Source: Candidatus Caldarchaeum subterraneum (lineage in GTDB: Archaea; Thermoproteota; Nitrososphaeria_A; Caldarchaeales; Caldarchaeaceae). From it: a stretch of 24,000 bases of DNA. The stretch is from positions 320,080 to 344,079 of the forward strand of contig BA000048.1 of NCBI GenBank assembly GCA_000270325.1, written 5' to 3'. Under the pieces are notes generated by a model that saw nothing but the letters and a program-made list of their open reading frames with translations, ran no database searches and had not been told where the DNA came from. Made by a program: the position numbers and the translations under genes. Below are positions 7,713 to 15,784 of this stretch, piece after piece (within the stretch, counting starts at the first letter, position 1; each line of letters starts with the position of its first letter).

Positions 7713-9197
7713 ATGCAAGCTCAGCAGTTCCTGGGTCTTTCGTTTGGAAGGTTGCGTAACTTTGTCAACGGAGTGTGGATGGACTCGCGGACTGAGGTGT
7801 GGAGGCCGGTTTATGACCCCGGTGCTGGACGGATTATCGCCGAGGTTCCCTATGCAACCGATGAAGAGGTAAACTCTGCCGTAGAAGCCGCTGCAGAAGC
7901 TTTCGAGAAATGGAGCCGCACACCTTTCCTCGAACGCGTAAAATACCTCTTCGAAGTTAAGCACGTCCTCGAGAATCATTTGGACGAGTTGGCCGCGATT
8001 AACACTCTTAACCATGGGAAGACACTTGATGAAAGCCGTGGCGACTTGCGGAGGGCGATTGAGAACGTGGACGCCGCTATCGCTGCAGCCTATACCTTGG
8101 CGAAGGGTGAGATGCTGCATGAGATTTCGCCGCGGATTGATGAGTATTCTGTAAAGGAGCCGCTTGGAGTGTTTGCGGTCATAAGCCCGTTCAATTTCCC
8201 GATAATGATTCCGTTCTGGTTTTTCCCCTACGCCATCGCCTTGGGCAACACGGTTGTGATAAAGCCCAGCGACGTAACTCCTGTGCCGATGACTCGTGTG
8301 ATGGAGATTCTGCAGCAAGAGGTTAAGCTGCCGCCCGGTGTTTTAAACCTTGTCCACGGCGGAAAAGAGACAGCGGAGGCGCTTGTCAAGCATCCCCATG
8401 TTAAAGGTGTTTGTTTTGTCGGCTCAACACCTGCGGCGAGGAACATCTACAGGTTGGCGGGTGAGCATGGGAAACGCTGTATAGCTCAGGGTGGTGCGAA
8501 GAACTACATCGTGGTCATGCCTGACGCCGACATGGATGTGACCATACCGGCCACGGTGTCCAGCTTCTTCGGCAACACGGGCCAGAGATGCCTCGCTGGA
8601 AGCAACCTCCTCGTCGTGGACAAAGGGTTCAAGAAGAGTTTTCTGGACAAGTTTTCGCGGCGTAGCAAAGAGCTCGTGATAGGGCATGGTCTCGTGCAGG
8701 GTGTTGAGATGGGGCCTCTTGTGAACAAGGCCGCGCAGACGCGTGTCAAAACCTATGTTGAGAAGGGTGTTGAAGAGGGCGCGAGGCTATTGCTGGACGG
8801 CACAGAGGTGAGTGTTCAGCAGTTTCCTGATGGATTTTACCTGGGAGCAAACATCTTCGACGAAGTGACACCGGACATGACCATCGCGCGGGAGGAGATT
8901 TTCGGGCCAGTGGCGTCCGTGATAACAGCCTCCAGCCTCGATGAAGCCATCGAAACAATTAACACAAGAACCGACTACGGAAACATGGCGTGTATCTTCA
9001 CCTCAAGCGGCTCAAACGCGGCGAAATTCATCAAAAACGTCAACGCCGGAAACATCGGAGTGAACATCGGCGTAGCCGCTCCAGCGGCATACTTCCCCTT
9101 CGCCGGAAGAAAAAACAGCTTCTACGGTGTCCTACATGGACAGATAGATTCCGTCGACTTCTTCACCGACAAAAAAGTCGTGATAACCCGTTGGTGA
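7713..9197 (+). CDS. Aldehyde dehydrogenase, methylmalonate-semialdehyde dehydrogenase (CoA-acylating)-like
   Basis: ALDH motifs are present: FPIMIPFWFFPYAIALGNTVVIKPS, the catalytic Cys in FFGNTGQRCLAGS, and EEIFGPV. The C-terminal GVNIGVAAPAAYFPFAGRKNSFYG...FFTDKKVVITRW is typical of the MMSDH subgroup. The ORF opens at TTG 7686. I prefer ATG 7713 because an AAATAAA box (7678-7684) lies ~30 nt upstream of it. Confidence 0.9.
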   Translation: MQAQQFLGLSFGRLRNFVNGVWMDSRTEVWRPVYDPGAGRIIAEVPYATDEEVNSAVEAAAEAFEKWSRTPFLERVKYLFEVKHVLENHLDELAAINTLNHGKTLDESRGDLRRAIENVDAAIAAAYTLAKGEMLHEISPRIDEYSVKEPLGVFAVISPFNFPIMIPFWFFPYAIALGNTVVIKPSDVTPVPMTRVMEILQQEVKLPPGVLNLVHGGKETAEALVKHPHVKGVCFVGSTPAARNIYRLAGEHGKRCIAQGGAKNYIVVMPDADMDVTIPATVSSFFGNTGQRCLAGSNLLVVDKGFKKSFLDKFSRRSKELVIGHGLVQGVEMGPLVNKAAQTRVKTYVEKGVEEGARLLLDGTEVSVQQFPDGFYLGANIFDEVTPDMTIAREEIFGPVASVITASSLDEAIETINTRTDYGNMACIFTSSGSNAAKFIKNVNAGNIGVNIGVAAPAAYFPFAGRKNSFYGVLHGQIDSVDFFTDKKVVITRW

Positions 9198-9202
9198 ACA
9201 GT

Positions 9203-9280
9203 TGTCCCCCGCCACTAACTCACCGCTTCATAGACGGGCGTTTCACCGTGTCTCGAGCGGAGCTTAAGGTGTGGCGGGGG
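9203..9280 (-). ncRNA. Candidate single-hairpin H/ACA-like guide sRNA (alternatively a 3'-end/terminator hairpin)
   Basis: Reverse strand reads CCCCCGCCAC-ACCUUAAGCU-CCGCU-CGA-GA-CACGGUGAAACGCCCGUCUAU-GA-AGCGG-UGAGUUA-GUGGCGGGGG-ACA. There is a perfect 10-bp lower stem and a 10/7-nt internal loop (pocket-like). A 5-bp upper stem follows, then a 3-nt bulge plus GA opposite GA (K-turn-like), and ACA sits immediately 3' of the lower stem. It lies 12 nt downstream of the pheT stop on the same strand. Confidence 0.4.
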
Positions 9281-9292
9281 CATGAGATAGTT

Positions 9293-10966
9293 TCACTCGG
9301 CGCGATATAGTTGTTGCAGCTTGTATAGTTTCTCTATCTCTATTTCGAAAAGTGTGACGGGCATCTCTATGCCAAAGTTCTCCAACACTGTGGGAGAAAC
9401 CTCACCGACTATCCCTGCTTTTGAGCCGTCGATTGTGAGAGCTGCGCATCTTCCCTCGATAAATGTTCCCATGGTTGCTGGAATGTATTCGGGTTTTAGT
9501 TGGAGAAGTTTGAGGAGTTCGTCGAGGACGCTTTTTGCCTCGCTGTAGCCCGCTTCTGCGTATGCGATGGCTGCGGCCAGTTTCTTCATCCTCACAGTTT
9601 TCTCCGGGGCCGCTGGCTCGATATGTATGATGTCGCCGAGCTCAAAGATTCTCTGAGGGTATAGATTGTCCGTGTTGTTTGCGAGTGTTGCCAAAAGTGA
9701 TGGGATGAGGGATGTTCTGACCATGGTGTATTCGCGTGTGGCTGGGTTCGCGAGCGTAACATGCTCTATTTCGTCTAAACCGGACATTTGATAGTGTGTT
9801 TGCTCATTTGTTAGCATGAGGTTGTGGACTTCTGTGAAGCCGAGTCCCAGCATCGTCTCCGCTACTTTTTCGTAAAATGTTGTCTGGGGCCTTAGAGAGC
9901 CGTAGGTGTTTGACTGCGGGGCGACCGGTGTCATGTTGTTGTAGCCATAAGCGATGGCGATGTCCTCAACCAAGTCGACTGGATGGAGAATGTCTGCACG
10001 ATGCCGTGGATAGAGAACTCGTAGCCTTTTTCCCTTTACACGCGGCTCCATACCCATTCTCCGCAGAAGCCTGGTGGCCTCTCTCAACGAAAGCTGCAAC
10101 CCCGTCAACCTCTTCACCAGCTCCATGTCCAGCATCATCTCAAGAGGCCTGGTATCAGGCGTGTAGAAGCCTTTCCTCCCATACACAACCCTCACACGCT
10201 GCACAACGCCGCCCGCGTCTGCGAAGGCTTCGGCGAGAATGTTCAAGGCCTGGTTCACTTTTTCCCAGTCTGTGCCAGTCACGTCGATGAAGATGTCTCT
10301 TCTGCCCGGTGTCAGCTCTGTTATCGAGGCGTTTACTATGGGTGGCATCGAGAAAACCTGTCCACGGCTGTCGACGATGACAGGCGCTTTGGAGGCGTCT
10401 TTTAGCAGCCAAGCATGTTTCCGGCCTATCTCGCTCTTTGACAACACCTCACGCGGCGTCATGGCCCTGTAATCCTTCAACGGGACGAACCTTACCTCAT
10501 CCATGCCTACAGCTTTGTATGTGAACGGCGGAGATATTGCCGATAGGTCATGTAACCCTATAGCTGTTTTTCTCCTGTTTCGGCCAATTATCCAGTGAAG
10601 GTCCTCCTGCATCGCAATAAACTCGATGAGCTCGGCCTCGGAGAGTTCGACGTTTCTGACTACTGCGCAGACGATGTGTGGCCGGATGTTTTCGACACTT
10701 TTGTCGACGTAAACACTTATCCCCGAGAGCGGGTAGCTTCTTTTCCTGAGACCTGTTTCTATTCCGAGGTAGCTTCGAAGAGCTGCTGCGACGCCGTATA
10801 CGCTTGAGAAATCGGGTCTGTTGGGGTTGTATTCCACACGTAAGATGTCGCCGGTCTCCTCGACACTCATGCCAAGGGCCGCCAAGTTGTCGGATATTTC
10901 CTCGAGGGTAAGGCTTCTTCCCACGAGACGCCGTAGTTTCTCAACGTCTATGTTGACAACCGGCAT
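9293..10966 (-). CDS. pheT: Phenylalanine--tRNA ligase beta subunit (archaeal type)
   Basis: 557-aa ORF with an archaeal PheT N-terminus (MPVVNIDVEKLRRLVGRSLTLEEISDNLAALGMSVEE), a B3/4-like region and a C-terminal class II-like fold. Its start lies 1 nt after the pheS stop (tight coupling). Confidence 0.95.
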   Translation of the reverse strand: MPVVNIDVEKLRRLVGRSLTLEEISDNLAALGMSVEETGDILRVEYNPNRPDFSSVYGVAAALRSYLGIETGLRKRSYPLSGISVYVDKSVENIRPHIVCAVVRNVELSEAELIEFIAMQEDLHWIIGRNRRKTAIGLHDLSAISPPFTYKAVGMDEVRFVPLKDYRAMTPREVLSKSEIGRKHAWLLKDASKAPVIVDSRGQVFSMPPIVNASITELTPGRRDIFIDVTGTDWEKVNQALNILAEAFADAGGVVQRVRVVYGRKGFYTPDTRPLEMMLDMELVKRLTGLQLSLREATRLLRRMGMEPRVKGKRLRVLYPRHRADILHPVDLVEDIAIAYGYNNMTPVAPQSNTYGSLRPQTTFYEKVAETMLGLGFTEVHNLMLTNEQTHYQMSGLDEIEHVTLANPATREYTMVRTSLIPSLLATLANNTDNLYPQRIFELGDIIHIEPAAPEKTVRMKKLAAAIAYAEAGYSEAKSVLDELLKLLQLKPEYIPATMGTFIEGRCAALTIDGSKAGIVGEVSPTVLENFGIEMPVTLFEIEIEKLYKLQQLYRAE

Positions 10967-10967
10967 G

Positions 10968-12527
10968 TCACATACTCCTCATGGTTCTGAAGGCTTGGAA
11001 AGGTGAGACGCTTCTCAGCCATCCCAGGTCGTTGAGATGGAAGGTTCTGATGTCCTCCAGCCCGTAGATGACCATGGCGAGCCTCTCTAAGCCGAGGCCC
11101 CACGCCAGAACAGGATGCTTTACGCCGAATGGATAGGTTGTCTCGGGCCTGAAGATGCCTGAACCCCCGAGCTCCAGCCATCTGCCGCCCAGCCTGACCT
11201 CCACCTCCATCGACGGCTCTGTGTAGGGGAAGTAGCTTGGCTTGAACCGTATCTCCCTCAACCCCAAGCGGCTGTAAAAATCCCTTAGAACACCCATCAA
11301 CATCCGGAGGCTTGCATCCCGCTCGACGACGATGCCCTCTATTTGGTGAAACTCCGCCAAATGCTTCCAATCCACCTTCTCGTTGCGAAAGATTCTGTCG
11401 ACGCAGAACACTTTCACCGGCGGCTGCTTAACTGTGGCGAGATGTCTTATCGTCGTGGCGGTGGTGTGTGTTCTCAGGAGAAGACGCCGCGCCTCCTCAA
11501 GCGACCACTTGTATCTCCAGCCCTTCGACCCCGTGTCTCCACCATTTTCATGCACCTTGCGAACAGCTTCAACATGCTGAGCAGGAGGGTCTCCAGCCCT
11601 GGGCTCAAGAAGGTAAAAAGTGTCCTGCATTTCTCTGGCCGGATGATCCTGTGGCTGAAACAACGCGTCAAAGTTCCAGAAAGCAAGCTCGACAATCGGG
11701 CCCTCTATTTCCTCGAACCCCATCTCGACATAGGCCTGTCTCACCATGCGTATTAGCTCGGTGAGCGGATGTCTTTTGGCGGCGAAGATAGGTGGTGTGG
11801 GGGCTTTGACATCGTAGCGGCTCAGCCTCAACTCGCGCCATCTCCCCGTTCGGATAAGCTCGGGAGTCAAACGAGTCACCTCAGGCACCACCGTCTCCTC
11901 AAGCAGAGAGACGGCTTCGCGGCCCTTCTCAGTCAAAACCACTTTTCTCACAGGCCTCTCAACAAGCTTCACCACACGCTGCCTACGCAGAAGCTCATCC
12001 ACCACTTCACGAAGCGCCCCCGCATGGGGAACCTCCACCTCGCCACCCCTCTTCAACTCCCTAAGGAAATTCTCCACATCAGTCGACGGCGGAACATGGC
12101 CCTTCAACACAACCACCGTAGCACCATTCTTTTTCGCAAACTCAACCCAGCCGCGGCGCCTCGCCCACATAAGCCCAATATCCGCCCTCTCGAGAGCTCT
12201 CACCTCGTCGACGGATGCTTCACCACCGCGTCGCTGAAGAAACTCGACAACCCTCCTCTCGGGCAGGCCCTTAACAACATACTCCTCACCCTCAGCATCT
12301 AAGGCCACAAATTTCCGCGACGTCTCTTGCTCAACAGTTACATACCCTTTGTCACGGAGCCATCCACACGCCTTTGCGATGGAAGAGAGCATGGCTTCAC
12401 CGTCCCTACCCCATCCCCGAACGTTTTCGGCAGCCTTGGCGGCCAACTCTTCATAGGACGCGGCTCCGCCCAGCTCATACAGTGAACGGAGAACAGCTTT
12501 CTCAAGCCAGTGAAGAGCCTCTGTCAT
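10968..12527 (-). CDS. pheS: Phenylalanine--tRNA ligase alpha subunit (archaeal/eukaryotic type)
   Basis: Class II motifs are present: FQPQDHPAREMQDTFYL, LRTHTTATTIRHL, FRNEKVDWKHLAEFHQIEG and GLGLERLAMV. The ORF opens at TTG 12569. I prefer ATG 12527 (MTEALHWLEKAVL...) because a TTTTTTATCG box at 12551-12560 lies between the two candidates, ~29 nt upstream of 12527. Confidence 0.95.
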   Translation of the reverse strand: MTEALHWLEKAVLRSLYELGGAASYEELAAKAAENVRGWGRDGEAMLSSIAKACGWLRDKGYVTVEQETSRKFVALDAEGEEYVVKGLPERRVVEFLQRRGGEASVDEVRALERADIGLMWARRRGWVEFAKKNGATVVVLKGHVPPSTDVENFLRELKRGGEVEVPHAGALREVVDELLRRQRVVKLVERPVRKVVLTEKGREAVSLLEETVVPEVTRLTPELIRTGRWRELRLSRYDVKAPTPPIFAAKRHPLTELIRMVRQAYVEMGFEEIEGPIVELAFWNFDALFQPQDHPAREMQDTFYLLEPRAGDPPAQHVEAVRKVHENGGDTGSKGWRYKWSLEEARRLLLRTHTTATTIRHLATVKQPPVKVFCVDRIFRNEKVDWKHLAEFHQIEGIVVERDASLRMLMGVLRDFYSRLGLREIRFKPSYFPYTEPSMEVEVRLGGRWLELGGSGIFRPETTYPFGVKHPVLAWGLGLERLAMVIYGLEDIRTFHLNDLGWLRSVSPFQAFRTMRSM

Positions 12528-12550
12528 CCCCCCGTATTGGCCGAACAGCC

Positions 12551-12560
12551 CGATAAAAAA
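12551..12560 (-). promoter_or_regulatory. TATA-like box (TTTTTTATCG on the reverse strand) upstream of pheS
   Basis: AT-rich element centred ~29 nt upstream of ATG 12527. This matches the archaeal TATA-to-TSS spacing and implies a near-leaderless pheST mRNA. Confidence 0.35.
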
Positions 12561-12627
12561 CCCATTCAAGGAATGTTTGCTGTGAAGAATGCTATTGCTG
12601 AGAAGATGTTGGCGAGAAGCATGAGAA

Positions 12628-13194
12628 CTATGACCGGTAGCAGCAGCAGTAGGAAGTTCCCCCGACTACCGCGGCGCCCATCAACGCACCCGGCTCAGCC
12701 ACCGCTAGCGCGAGAACAACAGCCACAAAAACAAGCACAAGAACCAGCGCAACTATTCTCGCCACAGCGGCTCGCCTAAACCAGACAGAGTTCAAAACCT
12801 TTGCAGCCCGGAAATGTGACCCAAGCTCCAGAACAAAAGTGGCTAGCCCCAGAGCGGCAAGCGTCACCGCGGCCGCGAGAAAAACAGCCAAGTAACCCAT
12901 TATCTGCGGAAGTAAAGCTGAGGCGACGGCCGTCGAAAAATTTTCGCCGCCTATCGCGAAGGGCGTGGACATGATGACGCCGATGATGCTGCCCAGAAAG
13001 AAAACCAGAAAACCAACCGACGCCAAAAATGTAACCACCATCAATACACCTGTTGCGCGGAAAAGACTCTGCCCCGTCCTCGAACCAACCTGATACCAGG
13101 CAACACCAATCAAGAGTGGTGCAACGATGTTTGCCAACGGAATAATGTTCAAAACATAGCCTATACCGCCCAGAAGACTCATTTCCACTCCCAT
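12628..13194 (-). CDS. Small polytopic membrane protein, DUF996-like (weak family call)
   Basis: Very hydrophobic ORF with ~5-6 TM helices. The N-terminal LLGGIGYVLNIIPLANIVAPLLIGVAWYQVGSRTGQSLF resembles archaeal DUF996 proteins as I remember them. The ORF opens at TTG 13251, with in-frame ATGs at 13203, 13194 and 13182. A TTTAAA box at 13220-13225 favours ATG 13194 (leaderless). Confidence 0.6.
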   Translation of the reverse strand: MGVEMSLLGGIGYVLNIIPLANIVAPLLIGVAWYQVGSRTGQSLFRATGVLMVVTFLASVGFLVFFLGSIIGVIMSTPFAIGGENFSTAVASALLPQIMGYLAVFLAAAVTLAALGLATFVLELGSHFRAAKVLNSVWFRRAAVARIVALVLVLVFVAVVLALAVAEPGALMGAAVVGGTSYCCCYRS

Positions 13195-13279
13195 AAACAA
13201 CATGCATCCCCTATATGGCTTTAAACAACGACCACACCATCCACAGCACAACGATTAACGCTCCCCAAACAAATCCTCA

Positions 13280-13364
13280 TGCGGGGGGTGGGATTTGAAC
13301 CCACGAACCCCTTCGGGACAGGGGCCTGAACCCTGCGCCGTTGACCAGGCTTGGCGACCCCCGC
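13280..13364 (-). tRNA. tRNA-Leu (anticodon CAG), class II with long variable arm, no intron, CCA not encoded
   Basis: Reverse strand reads GCGGGGG-UC-GCCAAGCCUGGUCAACGGC-G-CAGGG-UUCAGGC-CCCUG-UCCCGAAGGGGUUC-GUGGG-UUCAAAU-CCCAC-CCCCCGC-A. The 7-bp acceptor stem is all G-C. The anticodon loop is UU-CAG-GC, the variable arm is 14 nt, the T-loop is canonical UUCAAAU, and the discriminator is A. Confidence 0.92.
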
Positions 13365-13394
13365 TGAAAAAACTTCACAGAAGCAGGCTTTAGG

Positions 13395-13401
13395 CTTTTA
13401 T
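13395..13401 (-). promoter_or_regulatory. TATA-like box (ATAAAAG on the reverse strand) upstream of tRNA-Leu
   Basis: Centred ~34 nt upstream of the mature tRNA 5' end, implying a short leader removed by RNase P. The same AT-rich element read on the plus strand (CTTTTAT) lies ~34 nt upstream of the SIS gene TTG at 13433. Confidence 0.35.
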
Positions 13402-13432
13402 CCTCGGCTGAAACGGTATCCGTGGAAAAAAG

Positions 13433-14590
13433 TTGTCCGAAACTGTCTCGAGCCTTGGTTATGTGAACAGAATTTATCGGAATGTCAGCGCGGTCGACTT
13501 GGATAGCTTGGAGAGGCTTTTGCACGACATCCAGTCGGCGGGAGTGATTATTCCGCTTGGGGAGGGCCGTTCTAAGGGCGCGTTGAGCATCGCGGTGAGC
13601 GAGATGGCGAAGATGAGGGATGGGAAAATCGTTATCGACCGCGGAGACGTCGGTTTCCCGGGGAGAGAGATCTCCGAAGCCGCTCCAATTCTTAAGCAAA
13701 GGTTTGGCCGTGTATGTCTCCTGATAAACTCTGGCTCAGGCCGCAGCATCACACCCCTCGTCGACGCCCAAAACCTCGCATCATACATAGGCAAAACAGG
13801 CGCCCACAGAGACTACACAATAGACCTCGTCACCTCAGACATTCAGTCACCGCTAGCCAAAATAGCCAGCAAATATGGAAACGTTCTCCATCTCATGGGG
13901 CGTGAGGAGGTTGCGGAGGCTGAGGAGGCTAAGGTTTTCCGCGATGTGGGAATAATGGAGGACACCTTCATACTTGGAAGCGGCGTCCTGTTCCACGCAA
14001 TCGCCGAAGCACTCTATGACAAAGCCCTTCCGAGCAAGGCGTATGAATACGCGAGAGAGATATGTCTTGAGGCGGGGAAAGTTGTTGAGAAAAGTCTAAC
14101 ATCAGAGTTCTACGAGTTTGTGACACGCAAGCTCGAGACAAGGAGTCTCTGCTTTTTCGGGGGGCTTGGAAGCAGCTATGAGGTGGCGAGGATGACCGCT
14201 GTGAGGGTGAGCCACATCAAGAGAGCCATAGGAGACCAGGTGTATGTAGCCCGCGAGTCCAGCACACCAGCCCCTCGGCAAGGCGACCTTCTCATAGTCA
14301 TCTCAAGCAGCGGTGAAACAGAGATAGTGTCGACATGGTGTAAAAGCTTTAAGCGGATGGGTGGGCAGATAGCCGCTGTCGTCGGCAACGCCGACAGCAC
14401 CATCGCATCTATGGCCGACAGCGTTTTAGAAATCCCTGTCAAAAATGAGCTAGGGCGTCCGAACAGGTTTTACGTCTACGCAGAGTTTGCGCTCAGCCCG
14501 CTGCCTATACTGCTTGTCGAGAGTCTAGAGGCTAAGGGCTTCAGGTTGCCTGAATACATTCTGAGATGGCATCAGAGCGTGACGGCTTAG
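13433..14590 (+). CDS. Tandem SIS-domain sugar-phosphate isomerase/binding protein
   Basis: 385-aa ORF with two SIS-type modules. The first has IIPLGEGRSKGALSIAVSEMAKM ... LLINSGSGRSITPL. The second has LCFFGGLGSSYEVARMTAVRVSHIK ... GDLLIVISSSGETEIVSTW. Specific activity (PHI-, GlmS-isomerase- or PGI/PMI-like) is not assignable by eye. Start is TTG 13433 or GTG 13463. Confidence 0.8.
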   Translation: MSETVSSLGYVNRIYRNVSAVDLDSLERLLHDIQSAGVIIPLGEGRSKGALSIAVSEMAKMRDGKIVIDRGDVGFPGREISEAAPILKQRFGRVCLLINSGSGRSITPLVDAQNLASYIGKTGAHRDYTIDLVTSDIQSPLAKIASKYGNVLHLMGREEVAEAEEAKVFRDVGIMEDTFILGSGVLFHAIAEALYDKALPSKAYEYAREICLEAGKVVEKSLTSEFYEFVTRKLETRSLCFFGGLGSSYEVARMTAVRVSHIKRAIGDQVYVARESSTPAPRQGDLLIVISSSGETEIVSTWCKSFKRMGGQIAAVVGNADSTIASMADSVLEIPVKNELGRPNRFYVYAEFALSPLPILLVESLEAKGFRLPEYILRWHQSVTA

Positions 14591-15673
14591 CTACTCCAGC
14601 ACAGGCCTAATGGGTCTTCCAAGCTGCTCATAGAACTCACGCATCCACGGTAGGATGTCGCGGCCGAGCAGGTTGAGGAACTTCTCCTCGTTTGGGGAGG
14701 CGCTGTGGATGTAGACGCGGTCGAAGCCGAGTTTGAGGAGGTGGGAAAGGGCTTTGAAGATGTCGTCCACATCTGTTGTGATGAGCCATGTCTCCTTGAT
14801 TTTCCTTCTCTCATCGTCACCAACCATGGCCTCTAGGACCCTTGGGTCTGAGATCTTCTCCCTTTTCTCACGAGGTATCGCGGTAGGCGCCCAGAACAAC
14901 GCAGCCTTATAGGCTCTATCATAGTCATGGTCATAGGAGACCTTGAACTCGAGACATTTACTCAGCTTCGAGGGGTCTTTGCCAGCTTTCCTCGCACCCT
15001 TCTCCAACGCAGCTATAATCTCCATGTACTTATCCATCCCACGCGGGTTTGTCAGTATGCCGTCGCAAAGCTCTCCAGCTATCTCGGCGACTGTGGCGTT
15101 GGATGTTGCGACATATATCGGGATTTTGGTGAGCGGCTTTGTGTAGAGCTTGGCTGACCTGAGCTGGTAATATTTTCCCTCGTAGTCGACGAAGTCACCT
15201 TTCCACAGTAGCTGAATTATCTCGATTGCCTCCCGCAGTCTCTCGACCTTTTCTCTGTAGCCGGGCCATTTGAAGCCGAGAGGTGTCTCGTTCATCGCGT
15301 GGCCTGTTCCCACTGTGATGAATATGCGGCCCGGGTAAAGGTAGTCTAGTGTGGCGAAGGCCTGTGCAACTATCGCGGGATGGTAGCGGAAGAAGGGCGT
15401 GGTCACTGCGGTTCCTAGCTCAACTTTCTTCGTGTGCTCCGCGACAGCCGCCAGCACAATCCATGGAAACCCGGCCTGACCACCTGTGTCGCTCCATGGA
15501 TGGAAGTGGTCGCTTAAGGCAATTATGTCAAAGCCAACAGCCTCCGCGTGAATGGAGTGGGCCACGATTCTCGCCGGGTCATACTGCTCGAGACCAGCCC
15601 AGTAACCAAGCCGCAAAACACCGTTCAAAGCCAACATACCAACGCGGAGTCTCATTATAAAAGTATGGCCCAT
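14591..15673 (-). CDS. LLM-class (luciferase-like) flavin/F420-dependent oxidoreductase, F420-dependent G6P-dehydrogenase-family-like
   Basis: 360-aa ORF. The N-terminal LRLGYWAGLEQYDPARIVAHSIHAEAVGFDIIALSDHFHPW matches the FGD/Mer-like LLM TIM-barrel pattern, and GRIFITVGTGHAMNE is also present. In-frame ATGs at codons 1, 7 and 13 leave the start ambiguous. Confidence 0.8.
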   Translation of the reverse strand: MGHTFIMRLRVGMLALNGVLRLGYWAGLEQYDPARIVAHSIHAEAVGFDIIALSDHFHPWSDTGGQAGFPWIVLAAVAEHTKKVELGTAVTTPFFRYHPAIVAQAFATLDYLYPGRIFITVGTGHAMNETPLGFKWPGYREKVERLREAIEIIQLLWKGDFVDYEGKYYQLRSAKLYTKPLTKIPIYVATSNATVAEIAGELCDGILTNPRGMDKYMEIIAALEKGARKAGKDPSKLSKCLEFKVSYDHDYDRAYKAALFWAPTAIPREKREKISDPRVLEAMVGDDERRKIKETWLITTDVDDIFKALSHLLKLGFDRVYIHSASPNEEKFLNLLGRDILPWMREFYEQLGRPIRPVLE

Positions 15674-15784
15674 CTTCCGTCATGCTCCTCCAAGGTTAAA
15701 CCGCCTAGGAGTGGCTGCTGGATGGAAACTGGCCATATAGAATGGTTAAAGCTAATAGAATGTTCATGACCATAGTGTTCGCTG

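Noticed and set aside
7689-8318. 209-aa reverse-strand ORF inside the aldehyde dehydrogenase gene
   Set aside because: It is antisense to a frame with complete ALDH motifs. The product is His/Arg-rich with no recognisable features.
8990-9310. 106-aa plus-strand ORF spanning the ALDH 3' end and the convergent spacer; plus-strand reading of the 9206-9280 hairpin
   Set aside because: The ORF is an Arg/Lys-rich alternative frame of the ALDH gene. The hairpin read on the plus strand is followed by CAU rather than ACA, so only the reverse-strand H/ACA-like interpretation was kept.
10948-12302. Alternative-frame and antisense ORFs within pheS (10948-11370 minus, 11343-11756 plus, 11769-12302 plus and others)
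   Set aside because: All overlap the pheS frame, which carries class II synthetase motifs throughout. Their translations are low-complexity (Arg/Pro/His-rich).
13252-13432. tRNA-Leu as a possible integration site for a mobile element or genomic island
   Set aside because: There is no integrase, transposase or phage-like gene on either side. I did not notice a duplicated copy of the tRNA 3' half (GTGGGATTTGAACCC or its complement) elsewhere in the window. The flanking genes are ordinary membrane/metabolic genes. An exhaustive repeat search was not possible by eye.
13277-13699. 140-aa reverse-strand ORF overlapping the tRNA-Leu gene and the SIS gene 5' end
   Set aside because: Its 3' part is the tRNA itself and the remainder is antisense to the SIS gene, so it is not a plausible CDS.
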